A DNA stretch of 64,000 bases, taken from positions 320,001 through 384,000 of the forward strand of contig JAHPZE010000001.1 in NCBI GenBank assembly GCA_019058365.1, in the 5' to 3' direction. The notes below the pieces were generated by a model. The model saw only the letters and a program-made list of their open reading frames with translations, did not search any database and was not told the DNA's origin. The first letter of the stretch is position 1. The number at the start of each line of letters is the position of its first letter. Source of the stretch: Promethearchaeota archaeon (lineage in GTDB: Archaea; Asgardarchaeota; Lokiarchaeia; Sigyniarchaeales; SOKP01). Below, piece by piece: positions 60,507-64,000 of this stretch. The translations under genes were made by a program, and so were the position numbers.

Positions 60507-61391
60507 TTAAAATTTCTGAGACCTAAGGAAAAATGAAAGATTTCTCTTAAGAACAGGAAGAACTCGTTCTGCATCAGGAGGAGAAAACATTTTAAGCTTT
60601 TTAGATAAGGAAGATGCTAATTTATCGTCTTTGGATCCGTCCAATAACAACCTAGTTTCTTCTTCTGTAATAGTCTCAAGCCTTTCTGTTAACCCGATTA
60701 CTTCGCGATTGCTTGGACAAGATTTTTGGCATCTCATACATCCAATTAAAGCGTTATGAGCATCAGAAGGAATCCAGTCTGGAATTATTCCTTTAATTTC
60801 ATTATACACAGAAATACATTTCCCTGCATTAATTACAAAATCATTATCAGTTGGTGCAGGTATTGCGTTTGTCGGGCAGTTATTAAAACAAATTGTGCAA
60901 TTTTCACATTGATCCATCATTTTTATTTCTGTCCAATGATCTTTTTCAAACTGAAAATCTGTAAAATAGGCAAATAAATTTATCATACTCCCCCAACCAT
61001 CAATATAACAAATATTATTCCTTCCATATTTTCCAAGCCCACTTCTAACAGCTAATAATTTCACATGTAGTTTATTAGTAAATTCAACTTTATATCCTGA
61101 TTCCTTTATTATCTCTTTTAATATTAGATTCTCGAAGTCTTCAAATGTTGTTCCATCATCATAATAATTGGGGGGTATCATGATTTCATGGTTCTTGCCA
61201 TCTAAATGAAAATTTACTAATGCTAACTTACTAAATATTGCAAGTATTACTATCGATTTAGCATTAGGAAGATTTTCTGGGATTTCAAACTTTTTACTGT
61301 CAATATAACTCCTATAAACTTCATTATCACTAAGTTTTCCCGCACGACGCAATTTATCGATATCTTCTTGAAGTTCTCCTAAATGTTCCAC
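60507..61391 (-). CDS. QueG/reductive-dehalogenase-like double [4Fe-4S] protein (frame extends about 19 codons further upstream)
   Basis: AVRSGLGKYGRNN, CENCTIC..CPTNAI, C and GCMRCQ.SCP. Confidence 0.75.
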   Translation of the reverse strand: MEHLGELQEDIDKLRRAGKLSDNEVYRSYIDSKKFEIPENLPNAKSIVILAIFSKLALVNFHLDGKNHEIMIPPNYYDDGTTFEDFENLILKEIIKESGYKVEFTNKLHVKLLAVRSGLGKYGRNNICYIDGWGSMINLFAYFTDFQFEKDHWTEIKMMDQCENCTICFNNCPTNAIPAPTDNDFVINAGKCISVYNEIKGIIPDWIPSDAHNALIGCMRCQKSCPSNREVIGLTERLETITEEETRLLLDGSKDDKLASSLSKKLKMFSPPDAERVLPVLKRNLSFFLRSQKF

Positions 61392-61712
61392 TGAAATGGT
61401 ACGATATTTATATTCAAAATTTAAATTATTGCGGCTATACGTAAATAATTACCTTTAAAATTTAGTAATTTAATTTCAGAAATTAAAAATATTAATGTTG
61501 TAGTATAATTTTAAATTTTACTGAATTGTCTTCTTCTGTTTAAATTTCTGGTCTTGTTCTAATATTGTTAATGAAATTTAAAACCTTAATTCAATTTAAT
61601 AAATGAAAGTTTGGAAAAACAAATTTGAAAAATATTAAAATTGCATATTAATAAATGGGTTGAATTATTTCATTAGAGGTAAGACATTTAGAGAAAAAGT
61701 TTATTTGATATA

Positions 61713-62567
61713 TTAAGTTGGAAATTTAATTTTATCTAAAGTGATTTCAAAATCTTTCTCTTTCTTTATGAGAACCCCCAAAAACGGAATTTCTTTTTTC
61801 AAATCATCCATTGTTATTCCACTTTTTAATAACACTCCAATCCAATCAAGAAGTTCAGAGGTAGAGGGCATTTTTCGAAGTTTTGTTATAGCTCTTAATG
61901 CATAAAAATGTTGTAAACATTGATCTAAGAGGTTTTGTTTTAAATTAGGGTAATGTAGTCTACAAATTTCTGCCATAAATGTTTTAGAGGGGAATTCAAT
62001 CCAGTGAAATACACATCTTCTTAGAAATGCATCAGGAAGTTCTTTTTCATTATTTGAAGTAATTACTACAATTGGTCTGGTTTTAGCTTTCACAAATTCT
62101 TTGGTCTCTTTAATGTAAAACTCCATAACATCTAATTCTTGAAGTAAGTCATTAGGAAATTCAATATCAGCTTTATCAATCTCATCTAATAAAAGAACAA
62201 CTTGTTCTTCAGAATCAAACGCATCTCCTAAAGGTCCAAGTGTTATATAATCATGTATATTATCAACATCTCGATCTTCGCAACCAAACCTACTATCATT
62301 CAGTCTCTGAACTGTATCATACATATAACATCCGTCAATAGCTTCAGTAGTACTTTTAATGTTCCATACTATTAATTTCTTATTTAAACTTTCAGCTATA
62401 GCATGTGCTAGCATTGTTTTTCCAGTTCCTGGTTCTCCTTTTACTAATAAAGGTCGTCCGAGAGCTATTGCAACGTTCACAATATTTCTAAGTTGAGGAT
62501 CAGCGAGATATTTCACATTCTGAGTTTTTACGTCTCCTTGGAATTTATTAAAACCAGTATTACTCAT
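61713..62567 (-). CDS. MoxR-family AAA+ ATPase
   Basis: RPLLVKGEPGTGKT, YDTVQRLND, LLDEIDKAD.EFPNDLL and ELPDAFLRRC. Confidence 0.92.
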   Translation of the reverse strand: MSNTGFNKFQGDVKTQNVKYLADPQLRNIVNVAIALGRPLLVKGEPGTGKTMLAHAIAESLNKKLIVWNIKSTTEAIDGCYMYDTVQRLNDSRFGCEDRDVDNIHDYITLGPLGDAFDSEEQVVLLLDEIDKADIEFPNDLLQELDVMEFYIKETKEFVKAKTRPIVVITSNNEKELPDAFLRRCVFHWIEFPSKTFMAEICRLHYPNLKQNLLDQCLQHFYALRAITKLRKMPSTSELLDWIGVLLKSGITMDDLKKEIPFLGVLIKKEKDFEITLDKIKFPT

Positions 62568-62866
62568 AATTGAAAGAAATTAATTTAAAATTAAATAATT
62601 TTTGAATAATTTTTATTAGATTTAATTAGAAATATAAAAAAATGAATAGCATTAATTTAGTTAAGATTAAAGATTCTTTTCTAAATAAATCTCTTTTTGG
62701 GTTGTAAATCCTTAAAAACTTATATTCTAACGAGTTCTATTCAAAAAATCGAATATTAATTTCTCTTTTGTATAATAAAAAATAAAAATAAATTTTAAAT
62801 AATCCTCATCAAATATAATTAACCATCTATTCCTCTTAAAATGGAATTTATAAAGAAAAGATTTAG

Positions 62867-63271
62867 GTGAAAACTAATTTGTCCAAAGAAAATGAAATGT
62901 TAGAAGAGTTAAAAAAAATTAGAGAATTTCTCACTCCCCCACCGACACCTCCGCCTCCAAAAAATTTACTTCAAGAATTTAAAGATTTTATCAAAACGTA
63001 TAAAGTAATGGGGCTTGCTGTCGCATTCATCATGGCTCTTTATCTTGGTCGACTTGTCCAATCCATAGTAACTGCATTCCTCTCACCACTTCTCAATAAT
63101 CTCTTCATACTAATTGGATTTCTAAATCCAGCGGTAGCTACCGCAGACCCATCATCGTATCCCTTAAACCTCAATCCCACATTATTCATTAGTGAATTAA
63201 TCACCTTTATAATCGTAGCAATCGTTATCTTCATCTTAGTAAAGTTGACAAAACGACTTGGAATTGAATAA
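62867..63271 (+). CDS. mscL: Large-conductance mechanosensitive channel-like protein
   Basis: EFKDFI....VMGLAVAFIM and FI..LITFIIVA.VIF. Confidence 0.82.
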   Translation: MKTNLSKENEMLEELKKIREFLTPPPTPPPPKNLLQEFKDFIKTYKVMGLAVAFIMALYLGRLVQSIVTAFLSPLLNNLFILIGFLNPAVATADPSSYPLNLNPTLFISELITFIIVAIVIFILVKLTKRLGIE

Positions 63272-63318
63272 ATAATACTTCAATTCAAAAAATTAAAAAA
63301 AAAAAATTTTTTTTTATT

Positions 63319-64000
63319 TTAATCTCTCTGACCTAAAACAGTTACGGAACAAACAGTAAATGCTCCACCCAAATTGTGGCATAACCCAACTTTTGCATCA
63401 GGAACTTGTCTTCCTTCAGCTCTTCCTTGGAGTTGTTTTGTTATTTCTGTCAACATTCTACATCCTGTACTTCCGATAGGATGCCCAAAACTTTTCAATC
63501 CTCCAGATGGATTAATTGCTATTTCGCCATCCCAATTAAATGTACCGTTTTTTAATTCTTCAGCTGCTTTTCCCCTCTCACAGAATTTTAAATCTTGACA
63601 ATTTAATAATTCAGTTATGGTAAAGCAATCATGAACTTCAGCGCAATCAATTTCTTTTCGCGGATTTGTAATTCCTGCTTCTTTATAAGCATATTCTCCA
63701 GCTTTCTCAGTTGCAGGAAAGTGTGTAAATTCTGCGCCAGGACCTCCCTGAGGAACGTACCAAGGGAAATTAGTTTGACATGAAATAGCATTGGCTTTAA
63801 CTAAGATATAATCATCAGCATGAGCATAACTTTCAGCTAATTCGGGTGTTGTCAATATAAGAGCAGCAGAACCATCACTCATAGCACAACAATCAAAGCG
63901 ACCAAGTGGGTCTGCAATCATCGGTGCTTTCATTACTTGGTCAATTGTTATTCTACTCCTAAAATGAGCTTTTGGATGGTCCGCACCATTATCATGATTT
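63319..64000 (-). CDS. Thiolase (SCP-x/acetyl-CoA acetyltransferase type), C-terminal part
   Basis: DCC..SDG, AEVHDCFT, NPSGGLKSFGHPIG and HNLGG; runs off window. Confidence 0.9.
   Translation of the reverse strand, partial: NHDNGADHPKAHFRSRITIDQVMKAPMIADPLGRFDCCAMSDGSAALILTTPELAESYAHADDYILVKANAISCQTNFPWYVPQGGPGAEFTHFPATEKAGEYAYKEAGITNPRKEIDCAEVHDCFTITELLNCQDLKFCERGKAAEELKNGTFNWDGEIAINPSGGLKSFGHPIGSTGCRMLTEITKQLQGRAEGRQVPDAKVGLCHNLGGAFTVCSVTVLGQRD

Noticed and set aside
3427-63598. Numerous short track ORFs antisense to or inside well-supported genes (e.g. 3427-3843, 9426-9785, 23278-23643, 24747-24956, 38541-38777, 53515-53880)
   Set aside because: Shadow frames of real genes, with no motifs or SD support
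1-64000. tRNA/rRNA genes and intact transposase or integrase
   Set aside because: No cloverleaf, long GC-rich RNA segment, or DDE/tyrosine-recombinase ORF was recognised

Overview
AT-rich archaeal chromosomal window, most likely from an Asgard archaeon (Lokiarchaeia-like). This is inferred from an IPGY+TM C-terminal sorting signal, a longin-like protein, GGTGA Shine-Dalgarno (SD) sites and Sec-type UGA codons. Content in order: partial MFS transporter, DUF89, longin-like protein, Mrp; a degenerate fwd-like operon; PAS kinase; VWA protein; sugar ABC transporter with TreT; a ~13.5 kb Hdr/hydrogenase supercluster (19.7-33.1 kb); an unknown-domain/Mtd fusion pair; gdh with Lrp and two-component regulators; a decayed accessory island with two VapBC modules bounded by a 28-bp repeat; feoAB and a NifX/ATPase/DUF134 Fe-S/metal cluster with a repeated operator palindrome; QueG-like protein, MoxR, MscL and a partial thiolase. 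Main highlights: (1) a winged-helix-HdrA-MvhD fusion coupled to a [NiFe]-hydrogenase that lacks a C-terminal tail, possibly an H2/redox-sensing transcription complex; (2) a divergent HdrA with two in-frame UGA codons at conserved Cys positions and a 3' SECIS-like hairpin; (3) several genes whose domain N-termini require ATA/ATT start codons. No rRNA, tRNA or CRISPR array was seen. Family calls come from motif recognition, not database searches.
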